Assembly: GCA_963702025.1 (NCBI GenBank)
Contig: OY969699.1
Location: forward strand, 704,001 to 768,000
DNA: 64,000 nucleotides
Reading direction: 5' to 3'
DNA from: an uncultured bacterium
Lineage (GTDB): Bacteria > Babelota > Babeliae > Babelales > Vermiphilaceae
The position numbers were made by a program, and so were the translations under genes. Below, in pieces: positions 1 to 10,107 of the stretch. Each line of letters starts with the position of its first letter. Within the stretch, counting starts at the first letter, position 1. The notes beneath the pieces were generated by a model. It worked only from the letters and a program-made list of their open reading frames with translations. It did not search any database and had not been told where the DNA came from.

Positions 1-781
1 TGAGTGCTTCTACATGAGCCTTGTGGGCAATCAGCTCTTCTACTACATCTGCTAAGTGATGAACAATTGCACAATGCAGAGGAATTCTTCCTTTGGCATC
101 GCGCATGTTAATGAGAGCCCCACCCTTGATGAGTGCTTGGACCGTCTCTAAAGCATTCTCTTTATGAAGAGTGTTGTCTGTTGCCAAATGCAATGGTGTT
201 TCCTCGGTAATAATTGTTTGTGCATTAATCTGTGCACCAAAAGAAAGAAGCAACGGTATTGCTTCTGGCCTGCATTTCATGGCGGCATAATGTAAAGGAG
301 TTAATCCATTTTCTGAACAACAGGGCGCATTAACTTTTGCCCCGGCATGAATGAGTAATGATATTGTGCGTTGACTACCGCTTGCAGCTGCCTCATGGAG
401 AGGGAAACTACCATCATCGGCGACTGCGTTAATATCTGCTTTGTTGCGTATCAATTCTTCTACAATGTGTTCGTGTCCATTGTTTGCCGCAAAATGAAGC
501 GGGGTTCTATTATAGGTTGTCCGCGCATTCACATGTGCCTTATATTTGATGAGGAGTTCAACCATTTTGAGATCGCCAGCGTTGGCAGCATTATGTAAGG
601 GCGTCCAGCGAAATGATTCGGTAATATCTGGATTAACCCCATTTTTTAATAAACTTTCTATGATTTCATAGTCCTTATTTTTCGCTGCCATCAATAATTG
701 TATATGCTTTGCCGGTATGGGGTCCATAGCAAAAGAAAGTGCACATGTCATACCCAAAATAGATACATAAAGAAGTTTCAC
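1..781 (-). CDS. Ankyrin-repeat protein with signal peptide, runs off window start
   Basis: Manual translation from GTG at 781: MKLLYVSILGMTCALSFAMD...WTPLHNAANAGDLKMVELLIKYKAHVNARTTYNRTPLHFAANNGH. Not in the ORF track because it is truncated. Confidence 0.9.
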   Translation of the reverse strand, partial: MKLLYVSILGMTCALSFAMDPIPAKHIQLLMAAKNKDYEIIESLLKNGVNPDITESFRWTPLHNAANAGDLKMVELLIKYKAHVNARTTYNRTPLHFAANNGHEHIVEELIRNKADINAVADDGSFPLHEAAASGSQRTISLLIHAGAKVNAPCCSENGLTPLHYAAMKCRPEAIPLLLSFGAQINAQTIITEETPLHLATDNTLHKENALETVQALIKGGALINMRDAKGRIPLHCAIVHHLADVVEELIAHKAHVEAL

Positions 782-916
782 GGTTGTTCCTTTAATCATA
801 AAATTAAAAAGAAATTAAAATTAGGTATAAGTGTAATCAACGAGGCAACTAAAGGCTAGTGCTTATTTGTGCATATAAGTAAAAATAAGATTATGATTTA
901 GGTATGCATAGGATCT

Positions 917-1744
917 CTAAAAAAGTTTGTAAAACAAAAAGTCAGGAATACTTTTAATAAACCAAGCAATTAAACGCCAGCGTTTGGTGACATACGCATG
1001 CTCCCTTTTTTGTTCAATTGCATCGGCAATCTGCCTCGCTGCCTCTTGTGGTGTTGCGCGCCAAAAATCTGAAGGTTCTTGGCTCGGGTCACAGGCGCCC
1101 CGCATTGCCGTATAAACCAGACCGGGTTCAATGGTGGTAACATAAATTGGCTTATTTAATTTCACAAATCTGCCACGCAATCCATGTAAGAATGTCGAAA
1201 CGTATGCTTTTGACGCACTATAGGTTGGCGCTGCACTTGAACCGCGCAATGCGATGATGCTTGATATACCAACTAAATGGCCGCTGCCTTTTTCTATAAA
1301 ATAATCGCTGGCAACGCTGGCCATGGCGGTGAAACCTAAAACGTTGATATCAATAATCTCTTTTTGTTTTTCCCATGCCAAATCGCAATTGCCCACCGCG
1401 GCATTGATTACGATGATATCCACGCCGCCCATTTCTTTGATCAGCTCTTTGAGTTGCGTTTGCGCTTCTTGCGTTTTGGCAATATCCATTTGTTGTACAT
1501 AAGTTGGTGATGGAATCTCTTTGGCAATTGTGTGCAAAAGATGTTCGCGTCTGCCGGTTAATCCAACAATGGCGCCTCTTTTTGCCATCTCTTTTGCAAG
1601 TGCTTCTCCAATGCCGGAAGTTGCGCCGATAATGATTACTTTTTGTTGCGAATGAGTTCCATTATTGCGGTGCCAATGGGAACAGAATGCGTAAAATCCT
1701 GAGAACAAAAGAAGAATAGTGGCAATAAATTTTGTTTTATTCAT
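917..1744 (-). CDS. Short-chain dehydrogenase/reductase (SDR) with N-terminal hydrophobic segment
   Basis: GATSGIG Rossmann motif, NAA, YSASK catalytic motif. Start taken at MNKTKF (1744). Confidence 0.9.
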   Translation of the reverse strand: MNKTKFIATILLLFSGFYAFCSHWHRNNGTHSQQKVIIIGATSGIGEALAKEMAKRGAIVGLTGRREHLLHTIAKEIPSPTYVQQMDIAKTQEAQTQLKELIKEMGGVDIIVINAAVGNCDLAWEKQKEIIDINVLGFTAMASVASDYFIEKGSGHLVGISSIIALRGSSAAPTYSASKAYVSTFLHGLRGRFVKLNKPIYVTTIEPGLVYTAMRGACDPSQEPSDFWRATPQEAARQIADAIEQKREHAYVTKRWRLIAWFIKSIPDFLFYKLF

Positions 1745-1757
1745 CAAATAATCCAAC

Positions 1758-2597
1758 CTAATTGATTGCTGTGCTTGCAATTTTATCAGCCAGCCATGCT
1801 TTATGTTCTATCAAATAATCAAGCTGCAAAAGAGCTTTTTGCATATCCCATTTTTGAGTAAATTTTTCTGCCCCACGATATTGAAACCCTTTGAAAAGAA
1901 TATTTCTTTCTTTGCATGCATTGGCAACTGAAGTGAGATTATTCACAGAATCATCGAAGAAAATAATCATGTTTGGTTGTAATTTAAACTGATCAAGAAA
2001 TGCGGCAACCACCGCCCCTTTTGATTGTTGATTGCAACAGAGAATGCCATTGTATAATTCAGGGTAGTTATTTCTATACCGTGGCAATGTGCTAAAAATG
2101 GAATTAGGAAATTTACGGCTGAATTCGATACCCAGCTGAGTGAGTACTTCTGAGCGCCATGCCGGAAAGTTTTCGATGACTCCAAATGTGCCGGTCTCCA
2201 TTGAGGTAAGGCCCAATATGATACAATCTTGTGATTGAAGTTCAGCAAGAATTGGTACAATATCCGGTTCAATAACGAACCATTTAGTTTGTTGCCACAT
2301 GATACTGTAATAACGTTCTATATTTTTTTTAAAGAGCAGCTGGGGATGCCTGGCAATTGCTCTTATCATGAACCATAATGGCAATGGAGAATGGCCCATA
2401 GTGTCAATCGTGCTGATAAGGGTGTCATCGATATCAAAAAAAATTAATCTGTTATTGCATGGGGATAGTGCAGGAAAAGCTTCTTGAAATGAATTTATTT
2501 GCTGAAATGTTTGCTGATTTGATGATTTTCTTATGGAGAAGAATATCAGCACCAGCAGACAGACTATAAACACATAGCAGATTTTTTTCGCTAGCAT
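1758..2597 (-). CDS. DUF2608-like HAD-superfamily protein
   Basis: FFDIDDTL, LGLTS, SKG and FFDD HAD motifs; N-terminal TM segment. Confidence 0.75.
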   Translation of the reverse strand: MLAKKICYVFIVCLLVLIFFSIRKSSNQQTFQQINSFQEAFPALSPCNNRLIFFDIDDTLISTIDTMGHSPLPLWFMIRAIARHPQLLFKKNIERYYSIMWQQTKWFVIEPDIVPILAELQSQDCIILGLTSMETGTFGVIENFPAWRSEVLTQLGIEFSRKFPNSIFSTLPRYRNNYPELYNGILCCNQQSKGAVVAAFLDQFKLQPNMIIFFDDSVNNLTSVANACKERNILFKGFQYRGAEKFTQKWDMQKALLQLDYLIEHKAWLADKIASTAIN

Positions 2598-2666
2598 ATG
2601 AATCCTTGAAGAAGGATAGTGATTGCCAGAAGTTTTAATTCCATTGGCTGCTTCCTTTTATAAATG

Positions 2667-3050
2667 TTATGACTGAAATGTAATATTGTGTGTGAACGTT
2701 GGTTTATACTTGCATGCTCGAACTTGAATAATCTGCTCGTTGATCATTTCACGCTTGTCACGCTTAAAGACAATACTATACGGCCCGGGGGCAGGGGCTC
2801 TAAAAGTCCATCTTTGCCGGTAACTCTCACAAAAAGGAGCAATTTCATATTTTACCAGATCAAGCGGTGCATAACTTTCCGCTTTCCATCCTTTCTGCGG
2901 ATCGCTTAAATAAGTCTCAACCTGAAATGGGTAATTTACCGCAACATCGCATCGCTCATGGGAAGAATCGAGATAGCCGGATTTGAGATTGAAGGGAAAA
3001 AAAAGAGATACACACACTAAAAGTGCTTGCACGATAGTATATTTTTTCAT
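2667..3050 (-). CDS. Hypothetical exported protein
   Basis: Start at MKKYTIVQALLVC (signal-like) with AAGG upstream; the longer ORF overlaps the next gene. Confidence 0.5.
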   Translation of the reverse strand: MKKYTIVQALLVCVSLFFPFNLKSGYLDSSHERCDVAVNYPFQVETYLSDPQKGWKAESYAPLDLVKYEIAPFCESYRQRWTFRAPAPGPYSIVFKRDKREMINEQIIQVRACKYKPTFTHNITFQS

Positions 3051-3063
3051 GAGAAACTTCCTT

Positions 3064-3396
3064 TTATCTTCCCTTAGCAATGGCAGCGGCATAGTTAAAT
3101 TGGTAAAAATATGATTGCCATTGTTCATCAGTAGAATGATGTTCATTATTGTACATAAAATAATCAACGAGCATATAGCGAGCGCGACAGATTTCCTTGA
3201 GGCGTTTTCTATTTTTAGGATCAGCAATGGTAAGGTCAATTAATTCAAGAGCTCGTTCAAATGCTTTTTTGCTATACTCAGGATTTGTATCTCGCCACTG
3301 GATTGTGCGTTCAATATCCATGCCGACATTTGCTAATTGTTCAAAAATAGAAAATTTGAACCATCGCTCTGGTATTAAGCCTGTATGGATTATCAT
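3064..3396 (-). CDS. Conserved hypothetical protein coupled to the DUF5674 gene
   Basis: RWFKFSIFEQLANVG...AFERALELIDLTIADPKN; its ATG overlaps (ATGA) the restored stop of the upstream gene. Confidence 0.75.
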   Translation of the reverse strand: MIIHTGLIPERWFKFSIFEQLANVGMDIERTIQWRDTNPEYSKKAFERALELIDLTIADPKNRKRLKEICRARYMLVDYFMYNNEHHSTDEQWQSYFYQFNYAAAIAKGR

Positions 3397-3738
3397 GCTT
3401 TCACCAACTGATTTACAATTTTTATAATTTGTTCCCGAATTTTTTGATTCTCAACACTGCGCGTTCTATTTCCTTGGCTCGGTCGCAGGGTTTATCATGG
3501 AGTCAAATATGATAAACTCTGGGCTTCCCCACTGTTCTGGGTAAAGATTTATGCCCCATAGATTTTCTTGTTTTGATTCATTTTCAAGTAACCAAGCTTC
3601 TTCATCAACGTGCATAACCGCATCAACTACCATTATTTGCTTTTCAATATCAACAACAGCTTTTACTAAATTTTCAAACATTTTTGTGGACATTTGCTTG
3701 AGCTCTTCTAATGTAATTTCTTTTTCTACCAGTTTCAT
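3393..3738 (-). pseudogene. DUF5674-like protein, frameshifted at ~3488-3490 (or sequencing indel)
   Basis: VKAVVDIEK...LWGINLYP...FDSMIN; removing one C restores LRPSQGNRTRSVENQKIREQIIKIVNQLVKA* ending at 3393. Confidence 0.75.
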
Positions 3739-3779
3739 AAATTCTCTTATTATGTTTTAAGTTATTTCCACTTTTATAT

Positions 3780-4238
3780 TTATACATCAAATAATAAATA
3801 CCATGATACTGCGCAACAAAACCAGGCAAGCAGATGAAACAGAACATGAATGGTATTGGGCACCACATTATCTCCCCGTGCGGGTAGAAAATGATGGGTA
3901 TTTTTATAGACGCTATATTCTTCTTTGTGTTTTTCTGTGCTGCCAAACAAATAAGGAATCCACCAATCATGGATAATGCCGATGGTTAATAAGGTATAAA
4001 TTGCTATAAGATTTATCTTTACCCACAACGGATACGGCCCCGGATAATAAAAAAGGGTGAGAAATAATCCCCAGAGATCTATAAGCGTATGGATAATGGC
4101 GGAAGTTACCAAAAGCTTCAGTGAATGCCGTTTGCGTAATGCTTGGACATCAGTAAAGGGGGCAATAGTTATAAAATCATGCACGGCATTAAAAAGAATA
4201 ATAATAATTTGTGCGAGTACAAATAAAAGGATCAACAT
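3780..4238 (-). CDS. Hypothetical membrane protein
   Basis: About 4 hydrophobic segments; in operon-like run. Confidence 0.7.
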   Translation of the reverse strand: MLILLFVLAQIIIILFNAVHDFITIAPFTDVQALRKRHSLKLLVTSAIIHTLIDLWGLFLTLFYYPGPYPLWVKINLIAIYTLLTIGIIHDWWIPYLFGSTEKHKEEYSVYKNTHHFLPARGDNVVPNTIHVLFHLLAWFCCAVSWYLLFDV

Positions 4239-4239
4239 G

Positions 4240-5130
4240 CTATTTTCTGTTCTTTACATCTTTAATTGATGGTTGAAATTCTTCTATCGAGAAAGGGCAT
4301 TCTTGTTTTATATCAACATAGGGCAATCCATGTTTTTTATAAATTGCTTGAAGCGCAGCTATTTTTCTTAATCGTTCTTCTCGTGGCTCTGTCCAGATAA
4401 CATCGATATGTGCCTCCGTATTTTCAACTTCAAACAGATAGACATTGTTGTTTTTGTTTTTCCGTAATTCACAATACAATCTGCGCGCATCGTGAATTGA
4501 AAGTTGAAAATCGTTGACGCTGTGCATAATAATGATGGGAATGTTTGGTGATAATTTTTTGGCTGATTCAAAAGCGCTTATTCCCCATGGGCTATAACTA
4601 GGAAAAAATTTTAATTTGGCTGCCCACGGCAATATAAATGTTGGAAATAGAGAACTTGAAGTAATAGGAACTTCGGATTTAGCAGTGTGTGCAATTGCGC
4701 TGTTGCCTGAACCTAAAACTGCCTCGAGCACCACACAACGGGCAATTTTTTCCTGTTCTTCATGAGATTTTTGTGCAAGCCAATTTACTATAGTGGCCGA
4801 ACCCTGTGAAATGCCACAAATTATTGTGGGTGGTCGGTTATTTTTATCTTTAAATGCCGGATCGTTATCAAATTGTTCTTGAAAATGTTTGATGCAGTTT
4901 GTTTGACCTAAATCAATAAGGTTCGGATCTTCTAATACTTTATAACAAGAATAACTGCTGGCGTTAACAATATGATAATCTATAAATGAACCACCACCAA
5001 GCCCATTTTGACCGGGTAAAATAATCGAATAAAAATCGACATTTTTTTCATCATTTTTTTCCATTGTGAAAGTCAGAGAGCTGAAGCATAGAAATGCCAG
5101 CGATATATTTTTTTGTTTAACAAAATTCAT
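4240..5130 (-). CDS. Exported alpha/beta-hydrolase
   Basis: GISQG nucleophile elbow, HSVND, later His; signal peptide followed by ME. Confidence 0.75.
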   Translation of the reverse strand: MNFVKQKNISLAFLCFSSLTFTMEKNDEKNVDFYSIILPGQNGLGGGSFIDYHIVNASSYSCYKVLEDPNLIDLGQTNCIKHFQEQFDNDPAFKDKNNRPPTIICGISQGSATIVNWLAQKSHEEQEKIARCVVLEAVLGSGNSAIAHTAKSEVPITSSSLFPTFILPWAAKLKFFPSYSPWGISAFESAKKLSPNIPIIIMHSVNDFQLSIHDARRLYCELRKNKNNNVYLFEVENTEAHIDVIWTEPREERLRKIAALQAIYKKHGLPYVDIKQECPFSIEEFQPSIKDVKNRK

Positions 5131-5151
5131 ACTATAATCCCTTTTTCTTCT

Positions 5152-5907
5152 CTAGCCTATAGTAACTTTTTTGATCGTTTCGGGCCAATTGCTATGTAGA
5201 ATAACCTTAATCCCGCATTCTGCCGCCGCATCCACATTCTTTTTACTATCATCAATAAAGTAACATTCTTCCGGGTTCACTTTAAGAGTATCAAGAATTA
5301 ACTGATAAATTCTTTTATCAGGTTTGGCATATCCGGCCGTTGCGGGGATAAAAATATCCGATTCAGCAAAATGTGAAAATAATAATTCCGGATATTTTTG
5401 CTTGATTAAGGCGAATGATAGCGGATCCCAGTTAGAAAGAATGAGTATGCGGATGCCATTTGCTGTGCATTGTTTGATAAATGCGAGTGCTTCTTGATAA
5501 AGTAGTGTCCAGGCAGTGAGTTGTTCAGGATCGAACATCATGAGTGCCCCGTGTTTTATAAGTAAGCGTTCGTGCTCACTGGTAAAGAAAGCTGCTTGAA
5601 TAGGGTTATCGATATGATCAAGAATATGCTGGGCAATTTCGGTACCCGAAATGGCGCCAAAGAGCCATGGCATTTTAAAATCCTGATTGCCTACTTGATT
5701 GGCAAAATCAAAGGCGCGTAAAAAAATTCGAGGAGATTTGAAATCAGTGGGAAATTGAGCCTGTATTTCTAAGGGAAGATTATCAAACACAAAATGTTCA
5801 GGCTCTTTAAATACAACGCCGCCTAAATCAAAAATAATCACCGGATCTCCTAAACTGGGAGGGAAAAAGAGTATAAATAACCATATTTTGGTAACAATGT
5901 TTTTCAT
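5152..5907 (-). CDS. HAD-family phosphatase (YihX-like) with signal-like N-terminus
   Basis: FDLGGV, LSNW, KPDKRIY, FIDD; start uncertain (5907 or 5937). Confidence 0.85.
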   Translation of the reverse strand: MKNIVTKIWLFILFFPPSLGDPVIIFDLGGVVFKEPEHFVFDNLPLEIQAQFPTDFKSPRIFLRAFDFANQVGNQDFKMPWLFGAISGTEIAQHILDHIDNPIQAAFFTSEHERLLIKHGALMMFDPEQLTAWTLLYQEALAFIKQCTANGIRILILSNWDPLSFALIKQKYPELLFSHFAESDIFIPATAGYAKPDKRIYQLILDTLKVNPEECYFIDDSKKNVDAAAECGIKVILHSNWPETIKKVTIG

Positions 5908-5993
5908 GAATGTATTAAATCTCTTATTTGCCTGCAATTTCTGCTGCGCTATTCTTTTCCGAACTTACCTCTACAATATTTTTATGCTTTCAT

Positions 5994-7166
5994 CTATTGG
6001 ATTGCCGCTGCTAATTCAGAAGTAAAATTATTTTTGTTGTACACAATTCCTTTGAATCCAAGTTCTTGAGCCGCAGAAACGTTTGCCCGAGAATCATCAA
6101 TAAAGAGTGATTCTTTTGGGTTCAATGAATGGTGGGCTAATAATTTTTCATAAATTAAAGGATCCGGTTTTACCGAATCAACTTGAAATGAACACATAAT
6201 GCCATCAAACATGGCAAACAATTCCGAATGTGACGCAATATACATATCGTAGGATTCTCGAGAAAGGTTAGATAAAAGATAAACATCAAACCCTTCTGTT
6301 TTTAACATTTTAATGTGTCCAATCATTTTTTCATCGAAAGGCCTTTGCGGTGATAAGTAGCGTTCAAAGAGTTTTTCAATATGTGCTTTTTTAAACGTGG
6401 TGCTTAATTCATTAACAGTTTTTTCTTGTGATGATTTGCCTTTTTGCCAATCAATCCAAGCTTTTGCTTGAGCAATCGTTGCAAAATTTGCCGGTATTGC
6501 CGAATCAACTTTTCTTATTTCTTCAACAAATCCTTTTACATCACCTTCTAATAACACACCACCAAGATCAAAAATAATATTTTTTAAATGGTTATGATTT
6601 TTCAATTGGCCCATTGATACGTTTGTTATATCGAGATTTTTCTGGATCGTTGTAATAATTGTGCGCATCATGGCAGGACTTGCAGACCGATAATTTTTTA
6701 CATTCATGTCATACGGTTTGCCATAGCAAGGATCTTCAAAAATATGTTCCTCTTTAGTGGTGTTATCGATGATAGTCATTGGCTTTGGCATGCGGGGTAT
6801 AAAATGCCAATGAGTATGGGTTCCTTCCTGGCCGGCGAGGTTCATAAGACAGGCAACGTTCACTAAATCAGCTTTAAATGATTTTTTTAACGAATTTTCA
6901 AGAACTTTTTCAAATTGCCCGAATTCTTTCCAATGTTCCTCGTGCCATTCAGACAATGAGGCAATGTGTTGATGAGTTTGAAGAAATATGCGAGGAACGC
7001 GAAGATCTCGTGGATCCAAACTTGCGTAAAATAACTTACTTCTGGCGATAGCAATGTCTTTTGCGGCAAATGGTGTGCAAGGATGGCAAATAGTTGCCGG
7101 TCGATGCATGGGATGTGAACTCTGGAATACCAAAGATCCTAAGAGTAATAATTGGGCTATTTTCAT
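5994..7166 (-). CDS. HIT-domain / HAD-phosphatase fusion with signal peptide
   Basis: HTHWHFIPR histidine triad, then FDLGGV...LSN...KPDPLIY...FIDD. Confidence 0.85.
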   Translation of the reverse strand: MKIAQLLLLGSLVFQSSHPMHRPATICHPCTPFAAKDIAIARSKLFYASLDPRDLRVPRIFLQTHQHIASLSEWHEEHWKEFGQFEKVLENSLKKSFKADLVNVACLMNLAGQEGTHTHWHFIPRMPKPMTIIDNTTKEEHIFEDPCYGKPYDMNVKNYRSASPAMMRTIITTIQKNLDITNVSMGQLKNHNHLKNIIFDLGGVLLEGDVKGFVEEIRKVDSAIPANFATIAQAKAWIDWQKGKSSQEKTVNELSTTFKKAHIEKLFERYLSPQRPFDEKMIGHIKMLKTEGFDVYLLSNLSRESYDMYIASHSELFAMFDGIMCSFQVDSVKPDPLIYEKLLAHHSLNPKESLFIDDSRANVSAAQELGFKGIVYNKNNFTSELAAAIQ

Positions 7167-7234
7167 AAATTTTCCTTACTAACAGATTTTAATGATTTCA
7201 TTTTTACATACTTCTTACTTATGCATAAGGTTAA

Positions 7235-8029
7235 TTATATACAATCGAGCCGTTTTCTAAATAACCAGAGTCCATGTGCAATAAATAATGCGATGAATAC
7301 AATAAGAGCGAGCACGCAAAGCCAATAATTAAGATAACCGGCCGGCCCCAGAATAGTCACCCGCACTCCTTCATAGGCATAGATCCAGGGGGTAAAGAGC
7401 ATTAGCATACCCATGATTGGTGAAATGCCATAAAGCACTGCCCAAGAAAAACTATAACCGCAAATAAAAAAGAGCGGGCCCGTGATGCGCAATTCTAAAT
7501 TCATAAATTTATCTACCGCACCGGCAAGTGATGCTGCCCAGACGGCAAAAGCGCCAAAGAAAATGCAGGCTATGCAATAGATAATGGTAAACGTAAGAGG
7601 ATTAAAATTGGCAAAACTAAAAGCATCAAGAAGAATAAGTTTACCAACGAGTAACGACATAAGGCTAAAAAGCGCCGCTTTAAAGGCAAAGGCAAGAATG
7701 AGTTTTACATAGATCATCCAATAGGGCAGCGGCAAAGTAAGTTCATAGTTAATGGATCGTGTGGTTTCAAAATCGGCAGCCAAAACATTCGCGGCACCCC
7801 AGGCAGTAAAAGATGCCATAATAATAAGCATGCTGATCGCCACAAAGGCGCCATAATCTGCCGGCATGCCCATTTTTGGCAATACATAGCCGTTTGCCAA
7901 AATAAGTACTACCGGCCAAAAGATAGAATTGAGTGTATTGTTCCACCAATCTTTTAAAATCAGTTGTATATCGCACCATAACAGCCACGCAGCAACGCGT
8001 AATGAGGTAAAAAGTGAGGCGGTATTCAT
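7235..8029 (-). CDS. ABC-2 type transporter permease
   Basis: About 6 TM segments, PWIYAYEGVR motif; adjacent to ABC ATPase. Confidence 0.85.
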   Translation of the reverse strand: MNTASLFTSLRVAAWLLWCDIQLILKDWWNNTLNSIFWPVVLILANGYVLPKMGMPADYGAFVAISMLIIMASFTAWGAANVLAADFETTRSINYELTLPLPYWMIYVKLILAFAFKAALFSLMSLLVGKLILLDAFSFANFNPLTFTIIYCIACIFFGAFAVWAASLAGAVDKFMNLELRITGPLFFICGYSFSWAVLYGISPIMGMLMLFTPWIYAYEGVRVTILGPAGYLNYWLCVLALIVFIALFIAHGLWLFRKRLDCI

Positions 8030-8808
8030 TATAATTCCTTATTGATAGGAGATTGCATTTCATCAGTCCCTTCATTCATCAGTTGTAAAAAGACTGCTTC
8101 AAGATTTGCTTTGCTATAGGAAGACATCAAGTTTGCCGGCGTATCAATCAACCGGATGCTACCCTTATCAAGCACGCAAACCCGATCGGATAACACTTCC
8201 GCTTCATCAATATAATGGGTGGTAAGCAAGACAGTAACCCCGTCAGCTTTGAGTTGACGAATAAGATCCCATAATTGCCGACGAATATGAGGATCGAGCG
8301 CCACCGTTGGCTCATCGAGAATAAGCAGCAACGGTTTATGCACCAATGATCGCGCAATTAAAAGCCGCTGCTTATAGCCGCCCGAAAGAATTGCGGGTGA
8401 TTTATCGGCATAGTTTTGCAATTCAAAACGGTGCAACAGTTCATCAACGCGTGTATTAATTGTTTTTGCATCCATTAAGAAAAATCTGCCGGCAAATACC
8501 AAATGTTCGCGTACCGTTAATGCGGAAGCAAAGTTTGGCTTTTGGGGACAAAATCCGATGTTTTGCCGAAAGCCTATGAGATCTTGGTAAATTGAGGTGC
8601 CGTTCATTAGAATGTCGCCCGATGTTGGCGGATGCAGGGTTGCCACAATTGAGGAGAGGGTTGTTTTACCCGCGCCATTGGCGCCCAAAAGCCCAAACAC
8701 TTCGCCTCGATAAATATCAAGACTCACCCCTTTGAGGGCCTCGATGGATTTTTCTTTGGAAGTATAGGTTTTTTTAATGTTAAGAATGCGCAATAAAAGA
8801 TCAGCCAT
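8029..8808 (-). CDS. ABC transporter ATP-binding protein (DrrA-like)
   Basis: GANGAGKT, LSGG, LILDEPT, TTH; start at MADLL with GGAG RBS. Confidence 0.92.
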   Translation of the reverse strand: MADLLLRILNIKKTYTSKEKSIEALKGVSLDIYRGEVFGLLGANGAGKTTLSSIVATLHPPTSGDILMNGTSIYQDLIGFRQNIGFCPQKPNFASALTVREHLVFAGRFFLMDAKTINTRVDELLHRFELQNYADKSPAILSGGYKQRLLIARSLVHKPLLLILDEPTVALDPHIRRQLWDLIRQLKADGVTVLLTTHYIDEAEVLSDRVCVLDKGSIRLIDTPANLMSSYSKANLEAVFLQLMNEGTDEMQSPINKEL

Positions 8809-9051
8809 ACATGACTCCGGAAAAACAAACAATGAAAAAATAAAATAATAATTTGGCTCAAGGAGCCGAAATAGAGGTTGGGAAATGAAGAGCGAGCTTA
8901 CGCTCGAGCGGTGGTGGTTTTCATAATACAATTCCTCGAATTGAGGTGTAGTCAATAAACCTTAATTATAGGTAGAAATTGTAAAAAAGCAACTGGAAAG
9001 AATCAAATTGGGGAGTTAGCTTTTTTAAGGTGTTTTTGGGGGTTTTTATCT

Positions 9052-10018
9052 ATCTCTAGCGAGCTTCACTAGGCCTCACACATTTCTCCCAATGTTTTGA
9101 CTGCGGCCTCATAAAAATCTTTTATTCCCTCTGCGGCCTTTCGAATCGCATTTTTGACAGTAGCCCATCGATGTTCTATTGGGTTAAAATCTGGAGAATA
9201 TGGTGGTAAAAAAATGATTCTACAACCAACTGCTTCAATGAGTTCAACTACTTTTTTAGATTTGTGGAAGCTGGCATTATCGATTACAACAACCATTCCA
9301 GGCTTTAATGCAGGAGCTAAAACTTGTTCCACGTAAGTTTCATAAGTATCAGCAGTTGAATATCCTTCAAATAAAAATGGCGCAAATAATAAATTTAAAT
9401 TCAGCGCAGCGGTGATATTATAGCGCGTTATTCTCTCAGCTTTTTTTATTGCGTGGCATCGCTCGCCCTCTGGCGCCCAGCCAGCATTTGGCACTTCATT
9501 ATCGTCGATTCCCGTTTCATCAGAATAGACAATGAGCGCAGGATCGATATTTTCTATTTCTTCTAAAAATTGTTTGCGTTTATCTGCATTCGCTTCGATG
9601 TAACCAAAAGTTTTTTTTTGATGTGTAACCAATTTTTTTAAGTGCTCGTTGTATCGTGATATCCGATATGCAAACATTTGTAATTTTTTCCCACTCAATC
9701 GCCATTTTTAATGAAGTAAAATGTTGGTTTTCTTTTGCAAATTCTTTAAATTTTTCCCAATCAGTAATTTTATGACTGTGTCCATTCTGATAGCCGGATT
9801 TTGGCGCAAGGCTATTCACTTCTTGGCGCAACTTAAGCCAGTTATAAATTGCGTTTCGCCCAACTTTGAATAATTTAGCCACATCAGTTATACGCATTCC
9901 ATCATCTACTGCAGCTATTACTCGTTTTCTTAAATCTATGCCAAGTGCCATACTTTCTCCTTAAGTTTGAAGAAATCTTAGCATATCTGTTTGTTATTTA
10001 AAGAAGTTTGCTATATAT
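9052..10018 (-). mobile_element. IS630-family insertion sequence, two-ORF type
   Basis: HTH ORF plus DDE ORF; imperfect terminal inverted repeats ATCTCTAGCGAGCTTC (~9052) and ATATATAGCAAACTTC (reverse complement, ~10018). Ends approximate. Confidence 0.85.
9069..9951 (-). CDS. IS630 transposase split in two frames at an A9 run (9611-9619)
   Basis: OrfA IDLRKRVIAAV...KKIGYTSKK; OrfB YSDETG...IDNASFH...LPPYSPDFNPIE. Confidence 0.9.
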
Positions 10019-10022
10019 CCAA

Positions 10023-10050
10023 TTGACTTTCAGTAAATAATTGCTATTAT
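10023..10050 (+). promoter_or_regulatory. Sigma70-like promoter
   Basis: TTGACT-16 nt-TATTAT with TG extended -10. Confidence 0.55.
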
Positions 10051-10107
10051 TAAATTAATATTTAAGATAAAACACAAAAAACCTAAAATTGGACAAAAAG
10101 ACTTTTT

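Noticed and set aside
371..598. 75-aa plus-strand ORF
   Set aside because: Antisense to the ankyrin gene on the minus strand.
7235..7250. Permease C-terminus LDCI as a CaaX box
   Set aside because: Cys is at -2, and the protein is an inner-membrane permease.
8850..8915. Small hairpins upstream of the ABC ATPase as a riboswitch
   Set aside because: Only short stems (GGCTC-aag-GAGCC, CGAGC-ttac-GCTCG); no recognisable aptamer.
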